A stretch of DNA of 64,000 nt from an uncultured Fibrobacteraceae bacterium (lineage in GTDB: Bacteria > Krumholzibacteriota > Krumholzibacteriia > LZORAL124-64-63): the NCBI GenBank assembly GCA_964437115.1, contig CAYTFE010000002.1, forward strand, positions 65,262-129,261. The letters are read 5' to 3'. The translations under genes and the position numbers were made by a program. This document shows, piece by piece, positions 1 to 10,437 of this stretch. The notes under the pieces are model-generated. The model was not told the origin of the DNA and made no database searches. It saw only the letters and a program-made list of their open reading frames with translations. Positions within the stretch are counted from its first letter, which is position 1; the number at the start of each line of letters is the position of its first letter.

Positions 1-2412
1 CTTGGTGTCGTCACGACTGTATCCAAATGTCATCTGGGTCAAGTCATTAGTGCCAAAACTAAAGAAATCTGCATGCTCTGCAACTTGATCAGCAAGTAAA
101 GCGGCTCTAGGAATCTCAATCATTGTTCCTACAAGGTAAGAAAGATCTGTACCAGAATCTTTAATCAACCTGTCAGCCAACTCGACTGCCATCATTCTCA
201 GGTTAGCAAGCTCCTTCACAGTACCAACCAGTGGTATCATGATTTCTGGCTTAACGTCTACGCCCTCACCTTTAACAACAAGTGCTGCTCTGATGATTGC
301 TTCAACTTGAGTTTCGTAAATCTCAGGATATGTCAATCCAAGACGACAACCACGATGACCTAGCATAGGGTTTGACTCATGAAGAGAATCAATCCGCTGT
401 ACAAGGTGATCGTAAGAAACATTCAGTTCACCAGCCAACGACTTAATCTTTTCAGTCATGTCTGAAGTTGGCAGGAACTCATGCAAAGGAGGATCAAGCA
501 AACGAATTGTTACAGGGAACCCGTTCATCGCACGGAAAATGCCCTCGAAATCATCCTGCTGCATTGGCAATATATGAGCAAGTGCCTTAATCCTGCCATC
601 AACATCTTCCGCAAGAATCATCTCACGCATTTTTGAAATACGCTCATCACCAAAGAACATATGCTCTGTCCTGGTTAGTCCAATACCCTGAGCACCAAAT
701 TTGATTGCTTGATTTGCATCATCAGGTGAATCAGCATTTGTTCTAACTTTCATGCGACGGATTTCATCGGCCCACCCCATTAATGTAGTGAGGTTGTTGT
801 CATCAAGGTTTGGCGCAACAAGTGGAGCCAATCCATTGATTACATTACCCTTTGTACCATCAAGAGAAATTTCGTCGCCAGCCTTAAAAGTTTTGCCACC
901 AATTTCCATAGTACCAGCAGCAGAATTTACAACGAGGTCACCACAGCCGGCAACACACGGTTTACCCATGCCTCGTGCAACAACAGCAGCATGGCTTGTC
1001 ATGCCGCCACGAGCAGTCAAAATACCAGTAGCTGAGTTCATTCCATCGATGTCTTCAGGGCTTGTCTCTTTCCTGACCAACACAACATCTTTGCCAGCAT
1101 CAGCAGCAATAACAGCAGCTTCAGCAGTAAAAACTACTTCACCACAAGCGGCTCCAGGCGAAGCAGGAAGTCCCTGTCCCAGCACTTCAAGCTTAGCATT
1201 TGGATCAATCTGCTCATGAAGCATCTGGTCCAGATGCATCTCCGGGTCAACAGACATTAATGCCTGATCAAGAGTCATCAATTTCTGATTATACATTTCA
1301 ACAGCAATTCTTAATGCTGACACACCGGTACGCTTACCAGTTCTTGTCTGGAGCATCCACAGTCTGCCATCTTGAATTGTGAACTCGACATCCTGCATTT
1401 CAGAATAGTGCTTTTCAAGTGTATCTCTGATATCTGCAAGTTCTCTATATGCCTCAGGCATAATTTCTTCCAGAGTGTCCATATCTTTCGCGGGACTGCC
1501 TGCAGGAAGCCTGTCACGACCATCATTATTCAATGATTGTGGTGTTCTTGTTCCAGCAACAACATCTTCGCCCTGTGCATTAACGAGGAACTCTCCGTAG
1601 AAGAAGTCTTCACCAGTTGACGGGTCTCTTGTAAAAGCAACACCAGTAGCAGAATTTTCGCCCATGTTACCAAAAACCATTGCCTGAACATTTACAGCGG
1701 TACCCATGTCATGTGGGAACCTGTTCATCTCACGATAAGAAATTGCTCTCGGTGTATCCCAGCTGCGGAATACAGCTTCAACACTGCCCCATAACTGCTC
1801 AACAGGATCAGTTGGGAATTCAACACCACATTCTTCTTTTGTAATACTTTTGAATGTAGCAATAAGAGTCCGCAAATGATCTGCACTAAATTCAGAATCA
1901 AGCTTTACGCCAACTTCTGATTTCAATGCATCGATTGCATCTTCAAATTTTTCACCATCAACACCCATTACAACATCACAGTACATTTGAACTAATCGAC
2001 GGTAACAGTCATAAGCAAATTCTTCATTGCCACTTTGCTTGGCAAGGCCAAGTACAGTTTCATCATTCAGCCCAATGTTCAGGACAGTATCCATCATGCC
2101 AGGCATTGAAACTTTAGCGCCACTTCGGCAAGAAAGTAATAAGGGGTCATCCTTATCAGCATATTTTTTTCCCATAACTTTTTCAACTTTTGAGATTGCT
2201 TGCGCAACTTCATTTTTCAAGTCATCAGAAATATTTCTATCTATTAGATAGCTGATACAATACTCAGTTGTAATAGTGAAGCCTGGAGGAACAGGGATGC
2301 CAAGGCTGGCCATCTCGGCTAGGTTAGCACCTTTTCCACCTAACAAAGCTTTCTGTTTTCCATTACCTTCAGTTTCGTCTTTACCAAAAAAATAAACTTG
2401 TTTCTCGGCCAT
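1..2412 (-). CDS. ppdK: Pyruvate, phosphate dikinase, 3'-truncated at the window edge. About 804 codons are present and the C-terminus lies beyond position 1.
   Basis: The minus-strand reading frame is open from 2412 (ATG, giving MAEKQVYFFGKDETEGNG...) down to position 1. The translation shows the PPDK ATP-grasp, central phospho-His and PEP-utilising regions (GGMTSHAAVVARGMG, GLTRTEHMFF). It is absent from the ORF track because it has no stop inside the window. Confidence 0.9.
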   Translation of the reverse strand, partial: MAEKQVYFFGKDETEGNGKQKALLGGKGANLAEMASLGIPVPPGFTITTEYCISYLIDRNISDDLKNEVAQAISKVEKVMGKKYADKDDPLLLSCRSGAKVSMPGMMDTVLNIGLNDETVLGLAKQSGNEEFAYDCYRRLVQMYCDVVMGVDGEKFEDAIDALKSEVGVKLDSEFSADHLRTLIATFKSITKEECGVEFPTDPVEQLWGSVEAVFRSWDTPRAISYREMNRFPHDMGTAVNVQAMVFGNMGENSATGVAFTRDPSTGEDFFYGEFLVNAQGEDVVAGTRTPQSLNNDGRDRLPAGSPAKDMDTLEEIMPEAYRELADIRDTLEKHYSEMQDVEFTIQDGRLWMLQTRTGKRTGVSALRIAVEMYNQKLMTLDQALMSVDPEMHLDQMLHEQIDPNAKLEVLGQGLPASPGAACGEVVFTAEAAVIAADAGKDVVLVRKETSPEDIDGMNSATGILTARGGMTSHAAVVARGMGKPCVAGCGDLVVNSAAGTMEIGGKTFKAGDEISLDGTKGNVINGLAPLVAPNLDDNNLTTLMGWADEIRRMKVRTNADSPDDANQAIKFGAQGIGLTRTEHMFFGDERISKMREMILAEDVDGRIKALAHILPMQQDDFEGIFRAMNGFPVTIRLLDPPLHEFLPTSDMTEKIKSLAGELNVSYDHLVQRIDSLHESNPMLGHRGCRLGLTYPEIYETQVEAIIRAALVVKGEGVDVKPEIMIPLVGTVKELANLRMMAVELADRLIKDSGTDLSYLVGTMIEIPRAALLADQVAEHADFFSFGTNDLTQMTFGYSRDDTK

Positions 2413-2460
2413 GAGGTTGCCTCCGTTGTTGACCTTGTTCTTAACATTTTCTAGACTGAC

Positions 2461-2515
2461 AAAAGGCGCTTTCGCCTGTTTGAAACTAAATGAGCCCGAC
2501 ATAAATGCCGGGCTC
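2461..2515 (-). terminator. Tandem hairpins downstream of the 2559..4901 gene, probably a rho-independent terminator.
   Basis: On the minus strand, GAGCCCG-N10-CGGGCTC (7 bp stem) is followed by AUUUAGUUUCA. Next comes GGCG-AAAG-CGCC followed by UUUUG. Confidence 0.45.
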
Positions 2516-2558
2516 AAATTTAGCTAATAGACTCCGTAAATTCAACCGGAGTTCAAAA

Positions 2559-4901
2559 TTACCTGATAATAATTATCTTACTGAAATAGTTCTCACGCCC
2601 AGGTGACTCAACCTTATAGATATAGACACCTGATGCAAGCGGTTCATCTGAATCATTCCGGGTAAACCATTTGATATTTCGACCCTCTTGCAAATCTGGA
2701 GTTAAATCAGCAACAATATCCCCGGAAACTGTGAATACCATCACTCTGGAGCCTGCTGGTAGATTTGTAAAAGTAACTAATTCACCGGGTGCTTCAGGGA
2801 ATCCAGCTTCAAGCCGAAGTGGATTTGGGTATGCATATACAGCTTCTTCACTATCAACACTCACGGCGTCTTTATTAGCATCAAATCGGATAATGTTACC
2901 ATCGCCAACAAGTACTGGATCACCAAACTCATCTAGTGGTATCAGTGGATCATTTGGAAACCGAGGTGAAAACAATGGATCACTTGTAATTGCAGAACCT
3001 GAAACTGTAGCTGTGTTACCGTAGTCAAATGTTGAAACAGCATAATAATAAATAAAGCTGTTAAAAATACCATCATCAAAAAAGGAGACCTCTCCAGGAA
3101 TACTGAAGTCATAGCATGCTGACCGTTTTTCAGCCCAACATTCTGGCTCAATGGTATAATTTTCATCTCCGCAATATCCAAGTATACATGTCTCGGGATT
3201 ATTTTTATCATAGAGACCAATAAGCTGCATGTCTTCCATGGTGCCATACTCACTACGCCAAACAGCATAGCCTTGGAAATCCTGGAGAATCAGGTCAAAT
3301 GCTGTAGTTTCAATAAGAGTACCTTCACCAAAGAGAAGATTAATCCCTAAATCCAAATTTTGGTAGTTCTCATCAGTATTTGCTTTATGGATTGTACTGG
3401 ACAATGACATAGAAGAACCTGGCTGGTAAATGCCACCTCTTTCGGTTACTACCCAAAGTTTCGAATCATTGGATACTGCCAACTCTGAACAGTCCGTATT
3501 TCCTGGTAAATCCACCACTGGAACAAACCATTGGTCATCACCATATGCACACTCTAAAAGCCCATACTGATCGGCAATAGCAAGTAGTCTGGATTGACTT
3601 TGGTCGTCAACTATATTCAGAATTTCAGGTGTTTCATCAACAAATAGTAAATCTGTATCATTAGTCCAGGTCACACCAGAATCTGAAGTTCTAACAATAC
3701 CATCTGTTTCAGTACCAACGATTATAGAACTGCCATCAACAATAACTGAAAGTCCATTAACAGGGCTCAGAGTCGATCCGTCCAAAACTAGTGATTGTGC
3801 TGGCCAGCTCCACGAATCACCAGCATCAGTTGTTTCATACAAACAGTAATCTTCAACTGTAAGATAAATATGATTTACATCCGCTTCGTCAATATATATC
3901 TGGTTTACTGTATAGGCAGAATTTCCAGCAGACCCAGGGTTTCCATCGATATCAATATTCAGGCCAATAGAACTAAATGATGCACCAGAATCCGATGACA
4001 AGTACACTCCTGCATTTTTAATAGCAACATAAAGATGTGATGTGTCTACCCACTTAATACTTGTTACAGGTTTATTTGACCAATTTGTAATATCTTCAAG
4101 ACCATCGGTAATCTGAGTAAATGAAGACCCATCATCTACACTCAACCAGAGACCATCACTTATCGTACCAAAAACCAATACTCCTGAATTATCGGGTGAA
4201 AAACTCGAGCTTGTAACCTCAAAATCGCTCATTCGACCATCAGGAAATTGAGTTTCGGCGATCCTGCTCCAGTTAGCCCCATTTTCACCTGCTATACTCA
4301 ACCATAAACCATGAAAAAACTCATTTGAGGAAAGTTGTGCAAAGACCTTTTCTTGAGCACCAATGGCTGCTGAGAAAGCACCTAAATCAGTAAATGGGAG
4401 GCTCATTGGCAGATTTGTGTTATATTGCAGCCATTGAGAAGATCCTGCATCATATAGATAAACACCTCCACTGTTGGAAAGGTTTATCTCACCAATAATT
4501 TCACCGGTTGCTTCCTGATTTACGTTGCTCCATGACAAAACAACTCTATTATTTGTCTGGCTGCCAATAACTCCCGGGCTAGGAACAAAAAAGCTCAGCT
4601 CCCGGTCAACTATATCAGCATATGCACCGGAAAGTTCTATGTCAAAATCTACATCTACTGAATTTGCTGAGGTTGAACATGTGGAAATATCGTCTGTTAT
4701 TTCCTGCCATTTCACAACTGCGCCAAACCTGCCTTCACTTGATAATTGGACATCAACAGAATCTGGCGAAAATACTCTCAAAGCATCACCCATGCAGGCA
4801 GCATACTGTGCATCAGCAGGTGTGTAAAAAACTCCTGATAAAACAGAAAACAGCAAAAGAGTATTGATGCTTACATACAAACGGTTTGGCCTAAATTTCA
4901 C
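2559..4901 (-). CDS. Secreted BNR/Asp-box repeat protein (beta-propeller) with a T9SS-type (Por_Secre_tail-like) C-terminal sorting domain.
   Basis: N-terminal signal peptide. Several S-x-D-x-G-x-T/S-W/F Asp-box motifs are present (SDSGVTWT, TDAGDSWS, SDSGASFS, VDDGSSFT, GENGANWS). The C-terminus reads ...YPNPLRLE...VTFTNLPAGSRVMVFTVSGDIVADL...LASGVYIYKVES..., typical of Por-secretion CTDs. Confidence 0.6.
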   Translation of the reverse strand: MKFRPNRLYVSINTLLLFSVLSGVFYTPADAQYAACMGDALRVFSPDSVDVQLSSEGRFGAVVKWQEITDDISTCSTSANSVDVDFDIELSGAYADIVDRELSFFVPSPGVIGSQTNNRVVLSWSNVNQEATGEIIGEINLSNSGGVYLYDAGSSQWLQYNTNLPMSLPFTDLGAFSAAIGAQEKVFAQLSSNEFFHGLWLSIAGENGANWSRIAETQFPDGRMSDFEVTSSSFSPDNSGVLVFGTISDGLWLSVDDGSSFTQITDGLEDITNWSNKPVTSIKWVDTSHLYVAIKNAGVYLSSDSGASFSSIGLNIDIDGNPGSAGNSAYTVNQIYIDEADVNHIYLTVEDYCLYETTDAGDSWSWPAQSLVLDGSTLSPVNGLSVIVDGSSIIVGTETDGIVRTSDSGVTWTNDTDLLFVDETPEILNIVDDQSQSRLLAIADQYGLLECAYGDDQWFVPVVDLPGNTDCSELAVSNDSKLWVVTERGGIYQPGSSMSLSSTIHKANTDENYQNLDLGINLLFGEGTLIETTAFDLILQDFQGYAVWRSEYGTMEDMQLIGLYDKNNPETCILGYCGDENYTIEPECWAEKRSACYDFSIPGEVSFFDDGIFNSFIYYYAVSTFDYGNTATVSGSAITSDPLFSPRFPNDPLIPLDEFGDPVLVGDGNIIRFDANKDAVSVDSEEAVYAYPNPLRLEAGFPEAPGELVTFTNLPAGSRVMVFTVSGDIVADLTPDLQEGRNIKWFTRNDSDEPLASGVYIYKVESPGRENYFSKIIIIR

Positions 4902-4971
4902 AGCCAGTCCACCTTTCGGAACATTTCACAGAGGTGGCGTCATCGTAAAAATGTGCCACCTGTTAATTTTT

Positions 4972-7497
4972 CTAATTACTATCAAGCTCAAAATGGTCTT
5001 GGAGGACCCAACGAATTGCTTGCTTAATAGGACCTCTATCAAATGCATACGGGTCAAATCCCCATAGCACATCAGGCTTGCCACCAGGTTTGGTCTCAGT
5101 TGTTTGCCAGAGGAAGACTCCAAGAGGTACCTGATTTAATTTAGTATACTCGTGGGCTCCACCAGAATACTCACCACCAAATTCAAATACGACATCACCA
5201 CATATATCTATAGGAGCAAACGTAGGGTAAGCAGAGTTACCACTATCTATTTGCTGGTTCATTATCCAATCATAACGAGTGTATAATCGCCACATTGGTT
5301 CCACAGCCAACCTGCCATCTGGCATTAATTGGGGTGACCATGGAGTTGGTCTTGGTGTCACATTGTAGTCATAAAATTCGTCACTAGAGCCAAGCAGATA
5401 TGGATTATTGATAGAAGCAATTTCCTCACCGTCTGGATCATCCCACCAAATAATATCATGAGAGACTTCAATAGTATCCGGGAAAGCTCCGAAATCGACG
5501 TAATTATCCTTGAACTCCTGGTCAATTGTAATTGCCCTGGTTCCAACACATTTGTTCTTTCTATCACCACTATAGTCACATTCATATATGAACGAAGGTG
5601 ACAGCATGTCAATCACAGACAGTCCGTTGGTTCTATATGGATAGAGCTCAGTTCCAATTCTAATTATTTCTCCGGTACTTTCATCTTCACGAGTACCATA
5701 TCCAATCAAACGTTGATTTTCACATGTAACCGTTTCATCGGACGTATCATAAATAATTGGCATTGCCCAAGAACGAGCATCTCCAGGTTCCTTTGAAAAG
5801 TTATACATGGATTTTGCCCCTGCCATGAACAAATTTCCAACACTTTGTTGATAGGCAGCCAACCATACATACTGGGCTGTACCAGCGAACAGGTTGGTCA
5901 CATAAGGCGAACCGGAAGCTGTTGTCCATAGCAGAACTCTGTAGTTAACTGCATCTCTGTAACCAAATAAACTGTTCAATTCTACATCTATTGAATGAGT
6001 TAAAGTCTCATACCCGGAAATTCCACCCTGGCCAGCTAGAACTTCATCCCAAAATCCATCACGCCTGACATCTTCGTATTGAGAAGCGCCTCCAGGAGTA
6101 GGCCAGGCATTTGTATGATGATCTCTAACATCATCAATAAGTAACAATGGAAACTGTGCATCCGGGTCTGGCACAGGCACCACTACGACATAGTATGTCG
6201 CTCTGGTTAGCAAGCCTGAATTGTCAATTGCCTGAACAATAAAACTGTGCGTTAAGTTTGAAAAAGACCTGACTGGCGCCTTTTTGTGTAATGGCGTATT
6301 ACCCCATGAAACTGACCAACCCAGGTCATCTTCATTATTTGGGTCTTCAACATCCCATCCATAACGATATGCAATAACTTCTCCACCGTAATCTTCAGCA
6401 GTTGCAAACCAATTAAACTCAAGAGGTTGATTCTTAGCAATATCAAACCTTGAAACCCCATTTACACCAGAATATGGTCTGGTGCCAAGATATCTCTCTC
6501 TAACTGTAAGTAACGGTGACTGACCTTCACTAACTTCAAAGTTATAAACAGTTCTATTATAAATTCTGTCCTGGCTTACAGCGCCAGCAGTGTCCTGTGC
6601 CTGAAGTGCAAAGAGATACGAAATTCTTTCACCATCATCATCTGTCATCTGAATATCAGATTTAGTGTAAACACGATCCTCAGGGTCATTACCATATCTG
6701 ACCCAGTCACTCCATAACGAATCATTAAAATCTACCAAAAAATCAACGTTTTCATAAAAGCTGTACCTTGTAGAAATGTAAGTACCATCGGGTCCGATAG
6801 CTCTTTTATTCAAGTACCTGACTTTTATTGGAACACCTAGTTCAAAATCAGGATCAACTCCAGCCCACCGCAGAGAAACTGTGGGTGGACTTGACACAGC
6901 ATAGTCTTCCCCATTCCAGGAATCGGGACTTGTTAACGTTATTGATGGAGCAAGAGTTGTAGCAGTAAAAGTTATGTGAGCAGGTGTTGGATCAAGCCCA
7001 CCATCATTATCTTCAGCCCTTATGAAAAGTGAATGATGCTCATAAAAGCGTTGCTCATTTTCAGGCAACCATGAATCTCCTTCAAACCCAAACTCACTGG
7101 CCAGGACAATAAAGGTTGTATCAGTTGCTTCAGTGTAAAACCATGGATTTAACGTATCACCCGTTGCTGGATCCAATGTGAGTGTATCCAGAACACCCAA
7201 TCCATCTATACCGTTGTTGGCAATCTTCCAGTGGTAACCGACAATTTCACCATCGGGGTCTAACCCGGTCCAACTGAAGCTGACAATAAAATCTGTTTCC
7301 CGTAAAACAGGCGGAGTGCCTGTAATACGTGTATCCGGTAAGGCGTTATTCAGTTCGGCCCCTCCAAGCTGATCACTTGGAGAGCAACCATACATCATGG
7401 CCATAACACTCAGCAAGACAATCAGTGGTACAGCTGCTGCACACCTATTTCTGATTAACAAACCCAACCTCCTGTAAACTAAACCAACACTGACCAA
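4972..7497 (-). CDS. Large exported lipoprotein (841 aa) of unknown function, with Fn3-like G-Y-x-W/Y-R motifs.
   Basis: Long ORF. N-terminus has a basic n-region, a hydrophobic core and Cys (…LLSVMAMMYGC). It abuts the upstream 916 aa gene (stop 7498, start 7497), so it is probably co-transcribed. No CTD. Confidence 0.5.
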   Translation of the reverse strand: MVSVGLVYRRLGLLIRNRCAAAVPLIVLLSVMAMMYGCSPSDQLGGAELNNALPDTRITGTPPVLRETDFIVSFSWTGLDPDGEIVGYHWKIANNGIDGLGVLDTLTLDPATGDTLNPWFYTEATDTTFIVLASEFGFEGDSWLPENEQRFYEHHSLFIRAEDNDGGLDPTPAHITFTATTLAPSITLTSPDSWNGEDYAVSSPPTVSLRWAGVDPDFELGVPIKVRYLNKRAIGPDGTYISTRYSFYENVDFLVDFNDSLWSDWVRYGNDPEDRVYTKSDIQMTDDDGERISYLFALQAQDTAGAVSQDRIYNRTVYNFEVSEGQSPLLTVRERYLGTRPYSGVNGVSRFDIAKNQPLEFNWFATAEDYGGEVIAYRYGWDVEDPNNEDDLGWSVSWGNTPLHKKAPVRSFSNLTHSFIVQAIDNSGLLTRATYYVVVVPVPDPDAQFPLLLIDDVRDHHTNAWPTPGGASQYEDVRRDGFWDEVLAGQGGISGYETLTHSIDVELNSLFGYRDAVNYRVLLWTTASGSPYVTNLFAGTAQYVWLAAYQQSVGNLFMAGAKSMYNFSKEPGDARSWAMPIIYDTSDETVTCENQRLIGYGTREDESTGEIIRIGTELYPYRTNGLSVIDMLSPSFIYECDYSGDRKNKCVGTRAITIDQEFKDNYVDFGAFPDTIEVSHDIIWWDDPDGEEIASINNPYLLGSSDEFYDYNVTPRPTPWSPQLMPDGRLAVEPMWRLYTRYDWIMNQQIDSGNSAYPTFAPIDICGDVVFEFGGEYSGGAHEYTKLNQVPLGVFLWQTTETKPGGKPDVLWGFDPYAFDRGPIKQAIRWVLQDHFELDSN

Positions 7498-10167
7498 TTA
7501 AGGCCTAGGTGGATAAATGAAATCATTGCCAACAAAGCACATGTAGAACTGTTTCTGAACTAACTCGCTCTCCAGACAGAATTGATGCAATTTTAATTTT
7601 TCAGCAAAACCTGGATAAGATTCTATTTCAGAGTCACCGTGGAACTCCGGTACTCGAAGGCCATTGTAGTATACATACCTGCATCTGTTACCGTTAGCTT
7701 CCATTGTAGTTGCATCACGCATTACAGCAGATACTGTATTAAGACCCAGCTGTGGAGTACACATTTCAACAACATGCCAGGCTAAACTCTCATCTCTTAA
7801 CTGTAAAGTCAGCCCCTCCAGTCCTTCTGGGCCAATCCCAAGGACATCTGATGATGTAAGAACTACACTGTCACCATTATCTACTACAGACTCAATCAAC
7901 CATGAATACTCTTCAACAAATTCCTCGCCAGAACCTGTTCCAGCACGAACCAATAGAGGCAAATGCCGATTCAGGAATTGCTCTCTCTCAGGTGCAAAAA
8001 TTGTCAATTGTTGCAAGCCTTCATCGTAAGACCAATTACTTCCATCTGAATCTGCAATCCAGGGCATTGTCACAAGATTATTACCTTGATTATCCTCTAA
8101 TGAAGGCAAGTATGAAGTAGCAAACAGGTAGGGTCCTCCAGCAGCCAAAACATTAGGTACAAAAACATCTATACGTGCACGCCAAACTCCGTCTTCATCT
8201 ACAACGATTGGAACACGTGGGTTATCATCAACATGAGTCCAGTCCTCAACATCTGTAGTAACAGCAGTGATATTATCAATTAATCCACCATCATTTAAGA
8301 CATTATCAATATCATGCTCAGATCTGACTTCAAATCTCCAGGAAGGAGCACGGTCAATAGGATTGTTATTCACTGGATGAGGTGCCCTGTCAGCACTAAA
8401 CCGTTTCTCTAGTTGATTATCATCACCAGTGAAGAAAAGTTCATACTCATAGAAATTACCACCAATTACGAGCATGCCTGTTAAATCACTTGGCTCCTGA
8501 AAAGTAGTAAATCCTGACACAGGATTAACCCAGCAATGTCGATCTTCTATCGTAAAAGTCAAATGCTTCCAATCTTCACCAGGAAGAGGACTTGGGGCAT
8601 CAAAATAGCTACACCACAAAGTATCCGGTTCACTAGGAATTTCATCACCAATCTGATAATCGGATTCACTGTTGACAACAGTTTCAATAAAAGTTATAGA
8701 CGGCTCAAAGTTTGCAGAAAACTCAACGCTACTATAGCTGTTATCACGACGGTTATGCTCATCAGATGATCTGGTCCTGAATTCAAATTCAGCAGGACCA
8801 GTTAAAAAACTAATTGTGTCTGCTGAAACTGCATTATAATCATTCCAGCCTGGAGTCCAGGTCAAATTATTATATTGTGTACTGAATGTATAACTTGAAG
8901 TTGTGCCCGTAAAATAGGCAAGACCTTCTATTTTGGATTGGAAAGTTACTCCCGGATCAAGCTGATTGTCCGGGTTGTCTAATAATCTAAGATCTCTTGC
9001 GTCATCCCAGCCCAGAATCTTAAAAACAACTTTTGCTCGTTGAGGTAATCTCTCCCCCGAGGAAAAAGTTACAGGGTCAGATTCAACCAGACCAGTAGCT
9101 TCAGCAGTCCAAACTGTGTAATAAGGGTACGTCAACCCATCATTTCCAAAAGGGTCCTGCAAATCATTAGGATCACTTTCAAGAAGTAGATGTGTATCCG
9201 GATCATAGTTTACAACAAAATACTGTCTGCGATCCGCAGCAGCAACTTCTACACCTGCAACATCTATTGAATTTACAAGTAAAGTATGTGTTCCACTGGC
9301 GATTACTCTATTGTAAAGCCCTGCACCAGAGCCATCGTTTGCAAAATCAGCACGAGTCACTCCGCCAAAGAAACTGAGACTGTCATTCAAAGCATCATTA
9401 AATCGACGTGGCTTCCAACAATCTTCAATTGCATCATCGCATTCATCAATCGAAATTTTGAACTTAAAGCCAAGCAGACCATCATAAATGGGCTCACCAG
9501 AATCAGGGTCAATAGAAAAAAAAGTATCCCGTTCAGCAAGCATTTCGTTTGTAAAAGAACGAATATTAGGAGTCTCCCCCTTCCAACTCAAAGCAAATGG
9601 CTTACCATAACTGAAAGTATCAACCTCACCTAGCTGCAATTCAGTTTCGATTCCATATTCTTCAGTTAAGAATGTTATTGCTGGAGAGCCTAGCGCATTT
9701 ATCAGAAAATAGAGCCGCGCTGGAGTTCGATCATAATCTCCTCTGTCATCAACAGCAACAATATGAAATGTTTTATCAACTGATGTCAGTGAACCCAGCC
9801 CAATCTGAAAATCAAAAACCGTGTCAGTTCTAGTAGTCCAGTGACCTATATCCAACGTATTGATGTGAAGAGCAGGATTGAACCTTGCATCCTCTTCATC
9901 TTCATCTGTTTCATCGTCCTGAACTGTACTATCAGTCAGAGCCCAGACAAAGTGTTCTACGTGTCCGTCATCATCAGAACCATACCAGAATAGGTGGTAA
10001 TGAAAATAGCCACCTTCTTCCTCACCAGGTGCCCCGGTAATAAAAGTTTCAGGGGGACGATTAACAATTACCACTTCTGGATTAAAAGCTCGGCAACCTA
10101 TTAAGGACCCGATAATTAATACCAAAAGAACCAGATAAAACACAGCCAAGCGTTTTCTCATTGTCAT
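7498..10167 (-). CDS. Large exported lipoprotein of unknown function. The ORF-track start at 10248 is probably an N-terminal over-extension.
   Basis: An internal Met (MTMRKRLAVFYLVLLVLIIGSLIGC) gives a classic lipoprotein signal. The 27 residues ahead of it are not signal-like. The sequence is weakly reminiscent of the adjacent 841 aa protein (GHVEHFVWAL versus GYHWKIANNG). Confidence 0.5.
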   Translation of the reverse strand: MTMRKRLAVFYLVLLVLIIGSLIGCRAFNPEVVIVNRPPETFITGAPGEEEGGYFHYHLFWYGSDDDGHVEHFVWALTDSTVQDDETDEDEEDARFNPALHINTLDIGHWTTRTDTVFDFQIGLGSLTSVDKTFHIVAVDDRGDYDRTPARLYFLINALGSPAITFLTEEYGIETELQLGEVDTFSYGKPFALSWKGETPNIRSFTNEMLAERDTFFSIDPDSGEPIYDGLLGFKFKISIDECDDAIEDCWKPRRFNDALNDSLSFFGGVTRADFANDGSGAGLYNRVIASGTHTLLVNSIDVAGVEVAAADRRQYFVVNYDPDTHLLLESDPNDLQDPFGNDGLTYPYYTVWTAEATGLVESDPVTFSSGERLPQRAKVVFKILGWDDARDLRLLDNPDNQLDPGVTFQSKIEGLAYFTGTTSSYTFSTQYNNLTWTPGWNDYNAVSADTISFLTGPAEFEFRTRSSDEHNRRDNSYSSVEFSANFEPSITFIETVVNSESDYQIGDEIPSEPDTLWCSYFDAPSPLPGEDWKHLTFTIEDRHCWVNPVSGFTTFQEPSDLTGMLVIGGNFYEYELFFTGDDNQLEKRFSADRAPHPVNNNPIDRAPSWRFEVRSEHDIDNVLNDGGLIDNITAVTTDVEDWTHVDDNPRVPIVVDEDGVWRARIDVFVPNVLAAGGPYLFATSYLPSLEDNQGNNLVTMPWIADSDGSNWSYDEGLQQLTIFAPEREQFLNRHLPLLVRAGTGSGEEFVEEYSWLIESVVDNGDSVVLTSSDVLGIGPEGLEGLTLQLRDESLAWHVVEMCTPQLGLNTVSAVMRDATTMEANGNRCRYVYYNGLRVPEFHGDSEIESYPGFAEKLKLHQFCLESELVQKQFYMCFVGNDFIYPPRP

Positions 10168-10307
10168 AACCAGTGTACGCCTTTCATACACCGCAAACAG
10201 CAATGGCTCCGAATGTAAGAACACACTGCTGTCACGAAAACCAACCAAGAGTTACTTGGAAGCTTCAGAAACAAGACTACTATACTTCTTCCCATGAAAT
10301 ATAGGGA

Positions 10308-10327
10308 TTGACCCGTGACAGTGTCAA
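10308..10327. promoter_or_regulatory. Perfect palindrome TTGAC-N10-GTCAA upstream of the 916 aa lipoprotein gene.
   Basis: Read directly from the sequence: ttgac ccgtgacagt gtcaa, about 140 nt upstream of the probable start codon. Confidence 0.3.
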
Positions 10328-10382
10328 CCCAGACTTTGCTTTAACTTGTTGCAAATTAAAATAATTTGTTCAAAACAGACAT

Positions 10383-10413
10383 AAAAAAAAAGGCGCCCCT
10401 AGAAAGGGGCGCC
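10383..10413 (-). terminator. Rho-independent terminator for the 10438..13416 gene.
   Basis: On the minus strand, a 9 bp perfect GC-rich stem (GGCGCCCCU/AGGGGCGCC, 4 nt loop) is followed by a run of 9 U. Confidence 0.8.
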
Positions 10414-10437
10414 ACAAAGACCTAAACGAAAAGTAAA

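Noticed and set aside
752-1526. ORF-track entries 752..1219 (+), 1200..1382 (+) and 1311..1526 (-).
   Set aside because: They lie inside or antisense to the ppdK coding region, which is off-track because it has no in-window stop. They are frame artefacts.
4941-4960. GGTGGCAC (-24-like) element about 50 nt upstream of the BNR-protein gene start, on the minus strand.
   Set aside because: The -12 position reads TACG instead of TTGC, so the GC dinucleotide is displaced. It is also part of a GGTGGC...GCCACC inverted repeat. Not a credible sigma-54 promoter.
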